DNA of 64,000 nucleotides from contig OZ244922.1 of assembly GCA_965221905.1 (NCBI GenBank), positions 1,088,001-1,152,000 of the forward strand, in the 5' to 3' direction. Position numbers and translations under genes: made by a program. This document shows positions 1-9,399 of the stretch, piece after piece (position 1 is the stretch's first letter; every line of letters begins with the position of its first letter). This stretch comes from Chloroflexota bacterium. GTDB taxonomy: Bacteria > Chloroflexota > UBA11872 > VXOZ01. The notes under the pieces were generated by a model. The model did no database searches. It was given only the letters and a program-made list of their open reading frames with translations, and was not told the origin of the DNA.

Positions 1-394
1 CTGTGAGACCGTACACGGCGGTACCAAGATACTCCGGACAGGGGTGCTCCTGGTACCACTCTTTGTACGTATTCGTATCATGGAGTCGGAAGTCCGCGGC
101 AATGTCGACAACGGGTATGCCGTCTCGAATGAACGGAAGCAGGGCCTCAGCCGATGCCTTGTGCGGCAAACCGGAAAAGACGAGATCCACGCCGGTCGCA
201 ATCTCTTCCGTGATCGTCATTGCGCCGAGATCGCCATCGGGAAAGAGATCGGTGAATGGGAAGACTTCAGCCAGGCGCTTACCGGCTTGACTACGGCCGG
301 TCGCAGCGACGATCTGCATCTCCGGATGCCAGGCCAGCAGCCGGATGAGCTCCAGTCCGGCGTAGCCGGTGACGTTTAATATGCCAATGCGCAT
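1..394 (-). CDS. argC: N-acetyl-gamma-glutamyl-phosphate reductase, 5' part (runs off window start)
   Basis: Not in the ORF track. Manual minus-strand translation gives MRIGILNVTGYAGLELIRLLAWHPEMQIVAATGRSQAGKRL...DLVFSGLPHKASAE...VVDIAADFRL...AVYGLT, with ArgC motifs (TGYAG, LPH, D.xADFRL, VYGL). Alternative ATG at 415. Confidence 0.93.
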   Translation of the reverse strand, partial: MRIGILNVTGYAGLELIRLLAWHPEMQIVAATGRSQAGKRLAEVFPFTDLFPDGDLGAMTITEEIATGVDLVFSGLPHKASAEALLPFIRDGIPVVDIAADFRLHDTNTYKEWYQEHPCPEYLGTAVYGLT

Positions 395-436
395 CTCAGT
401 ACTCCACGTCTCCATGGTAGTGTGTTGACACTTGAA

Positions 437-510
437 GTCATTCCGAGCAAAACGAGGAATCTAGACAACGCGCGTCCTAGATTCTTCGACTCTTCGTTTC
501 TCAAAATGAT
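437..510. repeat. REP-like palindrome, family A (GTCATTCCGAG...GAGGAATCT...AGATTC..CG...ATGA)
   Basis: Imperfect inverted repeat. Related copies at 24531-24627 and 49406-49499 share cctagatt(c/t)(c/t)tcg. Confidence 0.65.
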
Positions 511-757
511 CGCTAAGGCGTAACGCGGGGGCTTGTCCCTCGCTTCTTGGCTTGAACACAAGATTACGCCATCTAACTAGATTCTGCGTTAAGTTTGCTC
601 CACTGTATGCGAGGTTGAGCAGCCTATTCTCTATGGTACGTTAGGGCGCATCTCTCGTGTCAACACTGCCTGGTCACGTTCGCGCGTGTTCTCGCTATTG
701 CTGCTCGCAGTGCGGGATGGAAACCTAGTATAGCGAAACACTCCAGCCGCGTAAATG

Positions 758-1633
758 CTAGCGCGTGGCGAGCATGACGAGGATGAGCGCCGCCAGCCCG
801 ATGCGGTACAACGCCAGCGGCCAGAGGCGGCCGTGCTGCAGGTAACGCAAGAAGAGGCGGATACAGGGATAGCCCACCACCAGCGCGCTGAAAAAACCGA
901 CAGCGAAGATTGTCCCACCGTTGCCGCTTAGGGCTGCACTGTCAAGGTGGCGCGCTTCCCACACACCGGCGCCAAAGATAATTGGCGCCATGAGCAAGAA
1001 GGAAAAGCGTGCCGCCTGTACCCGGCTCAAGCCCAGCAACATGCCCATGGTGATGGTGCTGCCCGAGCGAGAGACCCCGGGCACGATCGCCAAAGCTTGC
1101 GCCAGGCCGATGAGCAGCGCCTCCCGCCAGCCGAGGCTGTCGCACGCCTGCCCGCCGGTGTGCCGAGCATCTACTACCCAGAGTATGATGCCGACCCCGG
1201 CAAGGGTACCGGCGATGATCCAGGGAGAGCGCAAGACCGTTGCGGCAGCTTCTTCGAGCAGTAGACCGGCGACCACCGCCGGTAGCGTGGCAAGCACGAG
1301 CAGCCACGCCAAGCGGCGCTCGGGATCAGCTTGGATGTCCCGCTCGCGAATGGAGCTTAAGAATGCACCCGCGAGCGACAGGATGTCACGCCAAAACACC
1401 AGCAACACGGCGAGAAGCGTGCCGACGTGGAGCGCCACCGCGAACGGCAGGCTATTCAGCACCGGCGACGACCATCGGAACGCCCAGGGCAGAATGGCAA
1501 GGTGGGCGGAACTGGAAATCGGCAGGAATTCGGTAATGCCCTGCACTATCCCCAGGATCGCGGCGGCGGCAACGTCGCCATCCCACCAGGCTGCACCCAT
1601 GGCGGCAATCCAGAAGCTCTGATACGGCATCAT
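758..1633 (-). CDS. uppP: Undecaprenyl-diphosphatase (BacA family)
   Basis: GIVQGITEFLPISSSAHL and PGVSRSGSTI motifs, multiple TM helices. Exact start uncertain. Confidence 0.95.
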   Translation of the reverse strand: MMPYQSFWIAAMGAAWWDGDVAAAAILGIVQGITEFLPISSSAHLAILPWAFRWSSPVLNSLPFAVALHVGTLLAVLLVFWRDILSLAGAFLSSIRERDIQADPERRLAWLLVLATLPAVVAGLLLEEAAATVLRSPWIIAGTLAGVGIILWVVDARHTGGQACDSLGWREALLIGLAQALAIVPGVSRSGSTITMGMLLGLSRVQAARFSFLLMAPIIFGAGVWEARHLDSAALSGNGGTIFAVGFFSALVVGYPCIRLFLRYLQHGRLWPLALYRIGLAALILVMLATR

Positions 1634-1673
1634 GGGGCTTTATTCCCGACCGGGTACGGGCCCAGCAACAAGA

Positions 1674-1801
1674 CACCACCAACGCCAGCCTCGGGGACGA
1701 GTCGCCACCCAGATGGTTCGCTTGCATCTGCGTGAGATTCCGCTACCTTGGCCGGAGCTAGAGTTCCCGGTGGGGGCCCTTCGGAGACGGCGCCAGCGGT
1801 G
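1674..1801 (-). ncRNA. Candidate structured leader RNA upstream of uppP
   Basis: 13+5 bp closing helix with 5 G-U pairs that form only on the minus strand, enclosing two hairpins. Upstream TTGGCC-18-TATCAT promoter-like site. Confidence 0.45.
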
Positions 1802-2054
1802 ATGCATGCGTTGAGCGATTGCGCGCTTGCGCCACCTGCAATTTTCTTCATGATAGTCTGGCCCGAAACACATGGCCAAGGCATGATTTTGCATTCTCCC
1901 GCAGTCCTGCTGTCGCTGCTACGAGTATAGTCTCTTTGGCGGCAGGTGTGCGGCAGGGGAAATCTAGGAGTATTGCCCGCCGCCAGTAAGAAAAGCCTTT
2001 GTGTTTTCTCAGCCACGCAGGGGCAATTGCACCTATGCCTATCGTCCTTGCGGT

Positions 2055-2099
2055 GCAGGTTGCAAGCCTGTGCTGCCGCAGGTTGCAAACCTGCGCTAC
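2055..2099. repeat. Tandem pair (23-bp period) of GTAG-type REP (minus strand GTAGCGCAGGTTTGCAACCTGCG)
   Basis: cgcaggttgcaaacctgcgctac at 2077-2099 is identical to 12332-12354. A degenerate copy starts at 2055. Confidence 0.7.
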
Positions 2100-2253
2100 T
2101 CAGGATGGCCTGCTCGGCGCAAAGCGGTCTACAACTGCAGCGTTCAACGCGGTGTGGGTAGGTCAGGCCCCATTCGTAAGTGATGTATCGTGGCGCATTG
2201 TCTAAGGAATGCGTAGGGCAACGCTGTGGTCTCATTTTTCGCCTGAGCGTCGT

Positions 2254-3039
2254 CTAAGCGTTGCGGCGCGCTTGCTCCATTTCCCTAATCCTGGAGACAA
2301 GCGCCGCATCTCCGGCAACCACTGGGCCCACCTGTGGCTGGGTTACGGCAGTACCGGCAAACGTCGCCACGCATCCACCGGCTTCTTGTACGATCAAGAG
2401 CGCGGCGGCCATGTCCCAGGGCTCGAGCCGATGATGAAAGAACCCACTGAGACGACCGGCAGCCACGTAGCACAGCGCAAGTGCTGCGGAACCTATCAGG
2501 CGCAATCCCGCAATCTGAGGTCGCAGCGCTACGGCGAGCGCCAGGCTATCGTGGGCGGCCTGATCATCGTGCCCCAGGTCGAAACCCAAAAGCGCATTGT
2601 GCCAGGCGACATCGCGGCGCACGGCAATAGTGTTGCCGTTCCAGGTGCCGCCCCGGCCTGCCTCCGCCACGAACAGGTCATCCAACAGAGGATCGTACAC
2701 GACGCCTACGACCGGCCGTTTCCGTTCCACGAGCGCAATGCTTACGGTAAATAGCGGAAACCGATTGGCGATGTTGAGAGTGCCGTCTACGGGGTCGACC
2801 AGCCACGTCGGTTCATCGGAGAGCGGATGGTTGGATGTCTCTTCGGTAAAGAGCCGATGATCGGGAAATGCGGCGCGGATATGGGATTGAATCAGATCGT
2901 TTGCAGCCAAGTCGAGTCCGGTAACGAAGTCTCCCCGGCCCTTAGTCTCGACTATCGCAGAGTCGGCCAGATTTTCGCGTAAGAACGCTCCGGCCTTCTG
3001 AGCGGCGGCAACCGCGACCGCGCCGAGCGACCGTTGCAC
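2254..3039 (-). CDS. suhB: Inositol monophosphatase family protein (SuhB-like)
   Basis: WLVDPVDGTLN, GSAALALCYVAAG and WDMAAA motifs. Confidence 0.85.
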   Translation of the reverse strand: MQRSLGAVAVAAAQKAGAFLRENLADSAIVETKGRGDFVTGLDLAANDLIQSHIRAAFPDHRLFTEETSNHPLSDEPTWLVDPVDGTLNIANRFPLFTVSIALVERKRPVVGVVYDPLLDDLFVAEAGRGGTWNGNTIAVRRDVAWHNALLGFDLGHDDQAAHDSLALAVALRPQIAGLRLIGSAALALCYVAAGRLSGFFHHRLEPWDMAAALLIVQEAGGCVATFAGTAVTQPQVGPVVAGDAALVSRIREMEQARRNA

Positions 3040-3222
3040 GTCTAGTTGTTGCCTTTCCGCACTGTAGATAGCCTATTGTCGGTTCTTTGTGGCATGGAAT
3101 TCGGTAGACGACAATCAGGCTTGTTTCCGCCCCATGTCGTGTCAGTGGCAAGGTGCGAGCAGGATTCACGGGCCGGGCTGCGGTCCGCATGCGAAATTAA
3201 TGGCAGGTCTCCGCACTGACCG

Positions 3223-5328
3223 CTATAGTCCCAGCTCCTGTGCCAGTCTCTCGGACGTTAGTACATCTTGCCGGTAGCGCAATGCCTGGGGTGCGCCGTA
3301 TGCGCGGTAGGCAGCGGTGGTCCGGCCGCATGCTGCGAGAAACGCTGCCATGCCGACAGGCTCACGCTGATGGTCGTGGGGCGTCCAGAGCACCAATTGG
3401 CGGGGAGCAATCAGCGCCGCGACGTCGCAGATGTCGAACTCGCGCAGTACACCGAACAGAAACCACGATGTATCGTAGGCGTAGTGCTCATTCTCTACCA
3501 GCCACCGGTAGGAAGCCAGGCACTCGTGGGCGACGACCCCATCAACTCGCTGGTCCAGGGCAGCAGTAAACAGCGCCACCAAAGCGCCGCCGCCGCGTCC
3601 GCCGAGCACAATGTGCTTCGCGGCTGTAGCCGGGAGCGTGGCGAGCGCATCGATACCGCGCATAACGTCCTGCACGCGCATGCCCAGCAGTGGGCGAGCC
3701 TGCAGAAGGCCCATGTAGGCGACTTTGTGGCTCGTGTGCCCGTTGTCGCTCGTCCGTGGATTATCTGCCGCCGGAAATCCCGTCTCGCCGATTCCCCTCG
3801 GGTCGAGCGCCAAGGAAGCCACCCCGCGCACTGCCAATGCATCGAGTAACACCGCGCTACTCTCGGATTCTTTGCCCGCGTCATCTATCCAAAGGAGTAT
3901 TTTGTCTTCTTGGGCGCCGACCGGAGTCCGCAGTACGCAGGGAATCAAGATACCAGGTTCCGATTCGAACACGAGGCGCTCGCGCCGCACGCGTTCGCTG
4001 GATCCCAGGGGGACACGCGACAGATTTAGGTCGCCGGACAACGAAAAGGCGGAGAGCACACGGCGCACGCGCTCGCGCACGATCTGTTGATACTTTGCGG
4101 CTTCACTCTCCGAGCCCACTGCGGGCAGTGCCGGGTCTAGGTCGGCCAAGAGCTTGCGGTTGAGCGTGAAGACGGTCTCGCTGCCCAATTCATAGACGTT
4201 GCCTGATTCCGTGCACCAGAGCGTTTCGTCCGGCTCCAGCGTTATCTCCGTTTCTTCGCTTCCTTCTTCTTCCTTTTCAAACTCACAGTTGAACCACGCA
4301 TACGCTGCTTGGCGCATGGGCAAGTGGTATCCGTGATTCTGTTCCGCCACAGCCAAAGAGAGTTGGTCGGGCACACCGAGCGCCGTGTAAACTCGCTTTG
4401 CACTCTCGACACTGCGGCGCGCGCCCTCCAGGGGAAAGTAGTCTCCGGTGGCAGCGCCCACGCATTGTGGGCGCGGCGCGAATAAAGACACATAGTCTTC
4501 ATGGTCCAGGCCCACGGCAAGTTGCCCAAAGAGATTCTGTTCCGCATCCTGAGGGCCGACGGTATCCAGGAGCGCGGGGAATCCTGCGATGTAGCAGGTT
4601 GGCATGGCTGCTGTCACGCGGTCGTCGAAGGGCACGTATTGCGCCGTATTCGTGCCGCCGCCCGAAACACCGGTGCAACCGATGCGCGCCGGGTCCACGT
4701 CGTCCCGCGAGAGCAAGTAGTCTACAGCGCGGACACTATCCCAAATCATGAATTGGGCGAGATTGATCCCCAGCAGCAGGCACTGCGCACCCACGTTGCT
4801 GTGCTCGCGCGTGGAGGAACTGAAGGCCGAGTCTTTCGTCACCGGGTTCCAGTACTGCCAGCGCTCGCCCTGGCCGAGCGGATCGTACACCAACACGAGA
4901 TAGCCCTTTTCGGCAAAGCCGGCAGGCGTGCGCTGATAGCTATCGTATGCCTTGCCGTTCCGACTATGTCCTAGTGGAAAGAGCATGCCCGGATAGGGTG
5001 CAGAGTGCTGTTTGGGGACATAGACAAGTGCGGTCACGTAGAAACGGGGACGGCTCTCGAAGATGATCTTCCGGATGGTGTAACGTTCTCGCTCTAGCTT
5101 TCCAACCGCGCGTGTGTTGAGCGGGGTCCTCTCCGGAAACGGCCCAATGGCCTGCTCAAAGTCAGACATTAGTTGCGCGCGTCGCTGCTCCCATTGCTCC
5201 GGGGTCCGTACTGCCGCACGAGCCTTCTCGGCATGGTTGAAAAGCAGGTGCGCTTGCTGAATCAGATAGCTGTGGAGCATATCTGCGGGGATTGTGTCAG
5301 CGGCGTACGGTGGGCTTGAAGTTGCCAT
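3223..5328 (-). CDS. Tandem alpha/beta hydrolase (acetylxylan esterase / S9-like)
   Basis: DPLGQGER and RIGCTGVSGGGT nucleophile elbow in domain 1. A second hydrolase-like domain has DPRGIGET. Confidence 0.8.
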   Translation of the reverse strand: MATSSPPYAADTIPADMLHSYLIQQAHLLFNHAEKARAAVRTPEQWEQRRAQLMSDFEQAIGPFPERTPLNTRAVGKLERERYTIRKIIFESRPRFYVTALVYVPKQHSAPYPGMLFPLGHSRNGKAYDSYQRTPAGFAEKGYLVLVYDPLGQGERWQYWNPVTKDSAFSSSTREHSNVGAQCLLLGINLAQFMIWDSVRAVDYLLSRDDVDPARIGCTGVSGGGTNTAQYVPFDDRVTAAMPTCYIAGFPALLDTVGPQDAEQNLFGQLAVGLDHEDYVSLFAPRPQCVGAATGDYFPLEGARRSVESAKRVYTALGVPDQLSLAVAEQNHGYHLPMRQAAYAWFNCEFEKEEEGSEETEITLEPDETLWCTESGNVYELGSETVFTLNRKLLADLDPALPAVGSESEAAKYQQIVRERVRRVLSAFSLSGDLNLSRVPLGSSERVRRERLVFESEPGILIPCVLRTPVGAQEDKILLWIDDAGKESESSAVLLDALAVRGVASLALDPRGIGETGFPAADNPRTSDNGHTSHKVAYMGLLQARPLLGMRVQDVMRGIDALATLPATAAKHIVLGGRGGGALVALFTAALDQRVDGVVAHECLASYRWLVENEHYAYDTSWFLFGVLREFDICDVAALIAPRQLVLWTPHDHQREPVGMAAFLAACGRTTAAYRAYGAPQALRYRQDVLTSERLAQELGL

Positions 5329-5377
5329 CGGGCATCATCCCTTCTTGCGGTACACGCGAGACCGTCTTCTTGAGGCG

Positions 5378-5407
5378 AGTATAGGGGAAATCCCCTCATG
5401 TCGTCAA
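5378..5407 (-). promoter_or_regulatory. sigma70-like promoter with palindromic spacer
   Basis: Minus strand TTGACG-18-TATACT. The spacer contains the inverted repeat AGGGGA-aa-TCCCCT. Confidence 0.5.
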
Positions 5408-5450
5408 TTGGAGCGGAGGGGCCGCAATGAGGTGTAGGTGAGGGACCGGC

Positions 5451-6155
5451 CTAGCGCTGGCGGAAGATACGCTCCATATCCATGCCGGTGAGATTACGAA
5501 TGCCGACGACGGTGTAGAGAATGGCTATTGTAAGAATGATGATTGCGGGAACTGAGATCACGGGGAAACTCAGGGCCGTCATCTTGCCCAACTCTTCGTT
5601 GAAGGCTGTTGTCCCAGGCGGACTCACCACCACCAGGCGCGCCAGAAAATAATTCGAGACCGAAGAGAGAAAGAATGACGCCGCCACGATGAACGTGGCG
5701 TGCACGAGGCGTCTCTTGTAGGGCGCTCGTGTGCCGCGCTCGTCGAGTGCGGCGTTCACCGCTGCGCTGTCGATTACCTTGTTCAGCAGGACGGAAACGA
5801 GCGAGAAGCGAGTCTTGAGCGACCCGAGCACGGCAATGCCGATGAAAAACGGAATGGCTCCCTCCTTGACGGCAATCCACTTGGGATCGAGCTTGAGCAG
5901 CCCAATGCCGCCCGTGAGCAGAATGCCGACGACGCCGACAATCGGAAGAATGTTCAGCGTACGCCGTTGGGAGTAATCGAAGATTCCGTAGGCCAGAGGG
6001 AACGCCAGCGCGACCAGGAGACCGTTCACGGGCCCCAACCACTGGTCGCTGCTGAACCGCATGAGAATGACCACGGGGATTACAATGTTGAAAAGCAGGC
6101 TGACCAGCGGATTCTCACGTCGCGCGGGCGTGCTATTTTGCGCAGTGCTATTCAT
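5451..6155 (-). CDS. VC0807-family integral membrane protein
   Basis: ENPLVSLLFNIVIPVVIL, W.AVKE..IP and FNEELGKMT.LS.PVI patterns, about 6 TM helices. Confidence 0.7.
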   Translation of the reverse strand: MNSTAQNSTPARRENPLVSLLFNIVIPVVILMRFSSDQWLGPVNGLLVALAFPLAYGIFDYSQRRTLNILPIVGVVGILLTGGIGLLKLDPKWIAVKEGAIPFFIGIAVLGSLKTRFSLVSVLLNKVIDSAAVNAALDERGTRAPYKRRLVHATFIVAASFFLSSVSNYFLARLVVVSPPGTTAFNEELGKMTALSFPVISVPAIIILTIAILYTVVGIRNLTGMDMERIFRQR

Positions 6156-6332
6156 TGAAGGTTTGCCTCTTTTGTGTGGCAACGTTTCCATCTATGATAG
6201 TACAACCTGGGGCTTTGGCGGGCGCGTAAATGAGGCATTACCATATTTTTTTGACCGGCTTTGAATAAAGGGAAGACGTGGGCGAGTGTTCTCCGGACGA
6301 ACAGGCAGAAGTTCCTTGCACCTGCAGCTTCC

Positions 6333-6367
6333 TCCGTTCGCCTTGAGCTTGTCGAAAGGTGAATGGA
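6333..6367. repeat. REP-like hairpin, family E (CCGTTCG-NNN-TGAGCTTGTCGAA-N'N'N'-TGAACGG)
   Basis: ccgttcg cct tgagcttgtcgaa agg tgaatgg. Other copies at 17068, 17231, 22461 and in the 32280 array. Confidence 0.8.
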
Positions 6368-6556
6368 GAACTGAACGGCCGCAATTGAGAATTGTCGATT
6401 TTGCCGCGCCTGACAGGGCGCTGCCGGCGCTAGCACGACTTAAGTAAAGATGGGTGGTCTTTGTGGCGTCGCAGCATGCGGCATTTGACCCGGAGGGTGT
6501 GGGTGTGATGTGCTTGCTACAAAAATTGGAGCGGCTTGAGGAGTATCAATTCACCT

Positions 6557-7531
6557 ATGGTACGGCAACTGGCTGAGGTCACGCTCAAGAGCGGGGAGTT
6601 GATGCAGTGCTTGCTGGTTGAAGAACCGGAGGCGCGCTGGGCGGAAGACATTCGCGACCTGCTCGTCCACAAGCGGGAGCACGTGCACCGGCACATCGAT
6701 CAATGCGTTGCGGGGCCGCTCGACGCGCTCGAAACCCGCTTCTATCTGGGCGTGGTTGATGGAGATGCAGTCGGGAATATCATGACGGTGGAGCACGGCG
6801 GAATCGGCATCCTCGGCCACGTCTTTACGCGTCCCGAACAGCGGCGCAAAGGCATCGCCAGCCATATCATGACCGCTCAAATGGAGGACTTTCGCGAGCG
6901 CGACGGACGGGCGCTCACTCTGGGAACCGGATTCGACTCGCCGCCCTTTTGGATATATCACAGCTACGGCTTTCGCAGTATAGCCGAGGGTAGCGGGGCG
7001 ATGTGGTACTGGAAACAGCCTGAGCAAGCGAAAAATCTCTGGCGTGCCGCGCTCACCGGCACTGCGCCACCGCGTTGGGAGCACTGGCCGCTGGTTAACC
7101 TGCTGTGCGCGCAGCCCCACGGCGACCGTCTGCGCCACGCCGCGCGGCGCGTCTGGGGCCAGCGCAGTTTCGAGGGTGACTTCATGAAATACAAGCGCGA
7201 ACTGGATGCTGAAGACTCATCCATAGTGGCCCGCCTACTGGAAAACGAGGCGGGTCTGGTGGTGGGTTGGGCGAGCGTGGAAGACGATCCGCTCTGGGGT
7301 GGGACGGCAGCATTGCTCGATCTTTTCGTGCATCCGGCAGCATGGCAAGCGGCGTCAGATCTGCTGACGGCCCTGCCCTTGCCGCCCAAGCCAATCTTCG
7401 CTTATGCCGATGAGGACTCCCCGAAGAATGACCTCCTGCGCGCGCACGGATTCACGCAGCAATCGTCGTGGCCGGAATGGCTTCCTGTTGGCGGCAAGAA
7501 ACACGGCGTAAATTGCTGGCTGCGGCGGTGA
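6557..7531 (+). CDS. GNAT family N-acetyltransferase (two GNAT-like folds)
   Basis: Acetyl-CoA motif VFTRPEQRRKGIAS and Y.SYGF. A second degenerate domain has LFVHP...LRAHGF. Confidence 0.8.
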   Translation: MVRQLAEVTLKSGELMQCLLVEEPEARWAEDIRDLLVHKREHVHRHIDQCVAGPLDALETRFYLGVVDGDAVGNIMTVEHGGIGILGHVFTRPEQRRKGIASHIMTAQMEDFRERDGRALTLGTGFDSPPFWIYHSYGFRSIAEGSGAMWYWKQPEQAKNLWRAALTGTAPPRWEHWPLVNLLCAQPHGDRLRHAARRVWGQRSFEGDFMKYKRELDAEDSSIVARLLENEAGLVVGWASVEDDPLWGGTAALLDLFVHPAAWQAASDLLTALPLPPKPIFAYADEDSPKNDLLRAHGFTQQSSWPEWLPVGGKKHGVNCWLRR

Positions 7532-7928
7532 TGCCTTGCAAATTGCGATGCCCCGCGCAGGCGTAGCTCCATATGGTTCGGCAAGTCCATTCATGTACTA
7601 GACTCGAATTCTGCGCTCGCCTTTTCACTCTCGATTGACTTTTGCAATGCCATAACCGGCGCGTAAATCCCGCGCAAGCGGGAATCTGTCTTCACCCTCC
7701 TCTCGGCACGAATTCCATTAGGGGTAGACGGCCCCCACGCTACGATCCACCTGCAATCCAGTCCCGTGTAACAGTGAGCGTTGTTGCCTTCAATGATTGA
7801 CAGACCATGTTACCATTGTTAAATGGGGCGGAAGTCACGTTTCCAATGGTTACAGGATTGGGCATGGCGTAAGAAGGTCGATAGCGATTCCGCTCCCTAG
7901 CAGGTGTCATTGCGAAGGGAGATACTTG

Positions 7929-9282
7929 ATGCTCCCACGCCGAGCCTTGATGGCTGGCGCTGCGGCGCTTGGGACTGGCTGCGGCCCGCTTCGTTCTATC
8001 TTGTCGCCGCCGCAACTTCCAAAGAAAGCCCAACTCACCTGGGTCTCACTGGCCTTTAGCGGACTGTACGAACCTGCCGCGCGTGTGCAGGATCCCCTTG
8101 CAAAGCTCCAAAGCGCGGTGGCGGCGTTGGAACAAGACACAGACAACCCCAACGGTCCGGCGCGCGGCAATTACAGCGTGACACCGTATCTGCTGGAATT
8201 CCGGCAACTCGATTCCACTAGCTGGTCTAACCTCGTTACGAGGCTGAAGGAACTTAAGGTGGATCTTCTGTCTTTGCAAGCGCCCTTGGTGCGGGCCCTG
8301 GCTAAGTTGGCGGAAAGGGAACAGCGCGTGCTGCTGCCCCTTGATCGGTTCGTGGGCGCCGACGGCCCGCTGCTCAGCCAGGAATTTTACCCCTACCTGC
8401 TCGATCCGTTCCGTTTCAATGGTTTGCTCTACGCCTTGCCGGTAGACGCGCTTCCCCTGATGCTCTACTACGACGCGCGGTACTTTGCGGCAGCAGGTGC
8501 GCCGCCGGTGGATGGTAATTGGGACTGGGATTCCCTGGTGCAAAGTGCCGCACAATTGACACGACGAGATGAAGATGGTGTAACGCGGCGCTGGGGGCTG
8601 GAAGCGCACCGCTATGGCCTGTGGTGGGCGCTGTGGCAGAACAACGCCGTAGTCCACGATCCCGATTCGGGATCGTGCCGCCTGCGGGAGCCGGCCGCCA
8701 TCGAAGCGCTGCAATTTTACCGCGACTTGCTACACGACCACGGCGTCTCACCGCCGGTAGCGGGGAAAGACGTGGATAAACTATATGATGTCTCATCAGA
8801 CTCCTGGCCCGCCATGATTTACAGTCCCCGACAAGACATGTGGAGCGGCGATTACCGCTGGGCAGCGTTGCCAGCGGGCAAAGCGCACAGCGTGCCTGTC
8901 TATACCGACATGAGCATTGCAATCCACGGACTGGACTGAGAGTACGGAAGCCGCCTATTCGGCGCTGAAGGGCCTGGTTGGCATAATGTAGCAGTACGTG
9001 AGCGTGCCCGCCAAGATCGAGGCGGTCGCGCGGTTGGGAGAGTTTCGCAGGAATCTGCGCCCGCCCGAAGTTGCGGCGGTGCAGGATTCCATGGAGCACG
9101 GTCGCGTGCTGCCACAGGGTGTCCCGACGAACGACGGGATGCCCGCGCTGATGCAGGCACTCGTCCAGGGAGAAGCGGCCTTCCAACTCACGCGTGAGGC
9201 CGCGCCGCGGATGGAAATGGTGGTGGACGCGCTCGTGCGGGGCGACGACGTGACGACTATTGCCAGCCAGGTCTGCGCTTGA
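7929..9282 (+). pseudogene. Disrupted Tat-lipoprotein family-1 SBP (array copy 1)
   Basis: Signal MLPRRALMAGAAALGTGC. A +1 frameshift near 8930 gives TGA at 8937-8939, and there is a TAG at 8989-8991 in the continuing frame. Homology to the downstream paralogs resumes (TEAAYSALKGL...ALVRGDDV). Confidence 0.85.
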
Positions 9283-9399
9283 TGAATCTTCAGCAACCCA
9301 CCGGAGAAGATGCGCACCGAAGCGGCTTGCTCATAGTTCACTTGCAAGGGCTACACCGCAGTCCTGAGACTGCGAGGAACACCGAAAGGAGGCGGGACG

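Noticed and set aside
3-379. Plus-strand ORFs at the window start
   Set aside because: They are antisense to the clear argC reading frame.
1634-1790. Partial resemblance to guanidine-I (GGGA.AAAGCCC), glycine (CCGAAG...ACUCU) and T-box (GGGUGG) motifs
   Set aside because: Only isolated fragments match, and the other required conserved elements are missing.
1630-2235. 201-aa ORF upstream of uppP
   Set aside because: Atypical composition, spans REP elements and the candidate RNA structure, and has no recognisable domain.
8989-8991. In-frame TAG as pyrrolysine or readthrough
   Set aside because: It aligns to Gln (CAG) in the paralogs and lies downstream of a frameshift. Other genes here use TAG as a normal stop.
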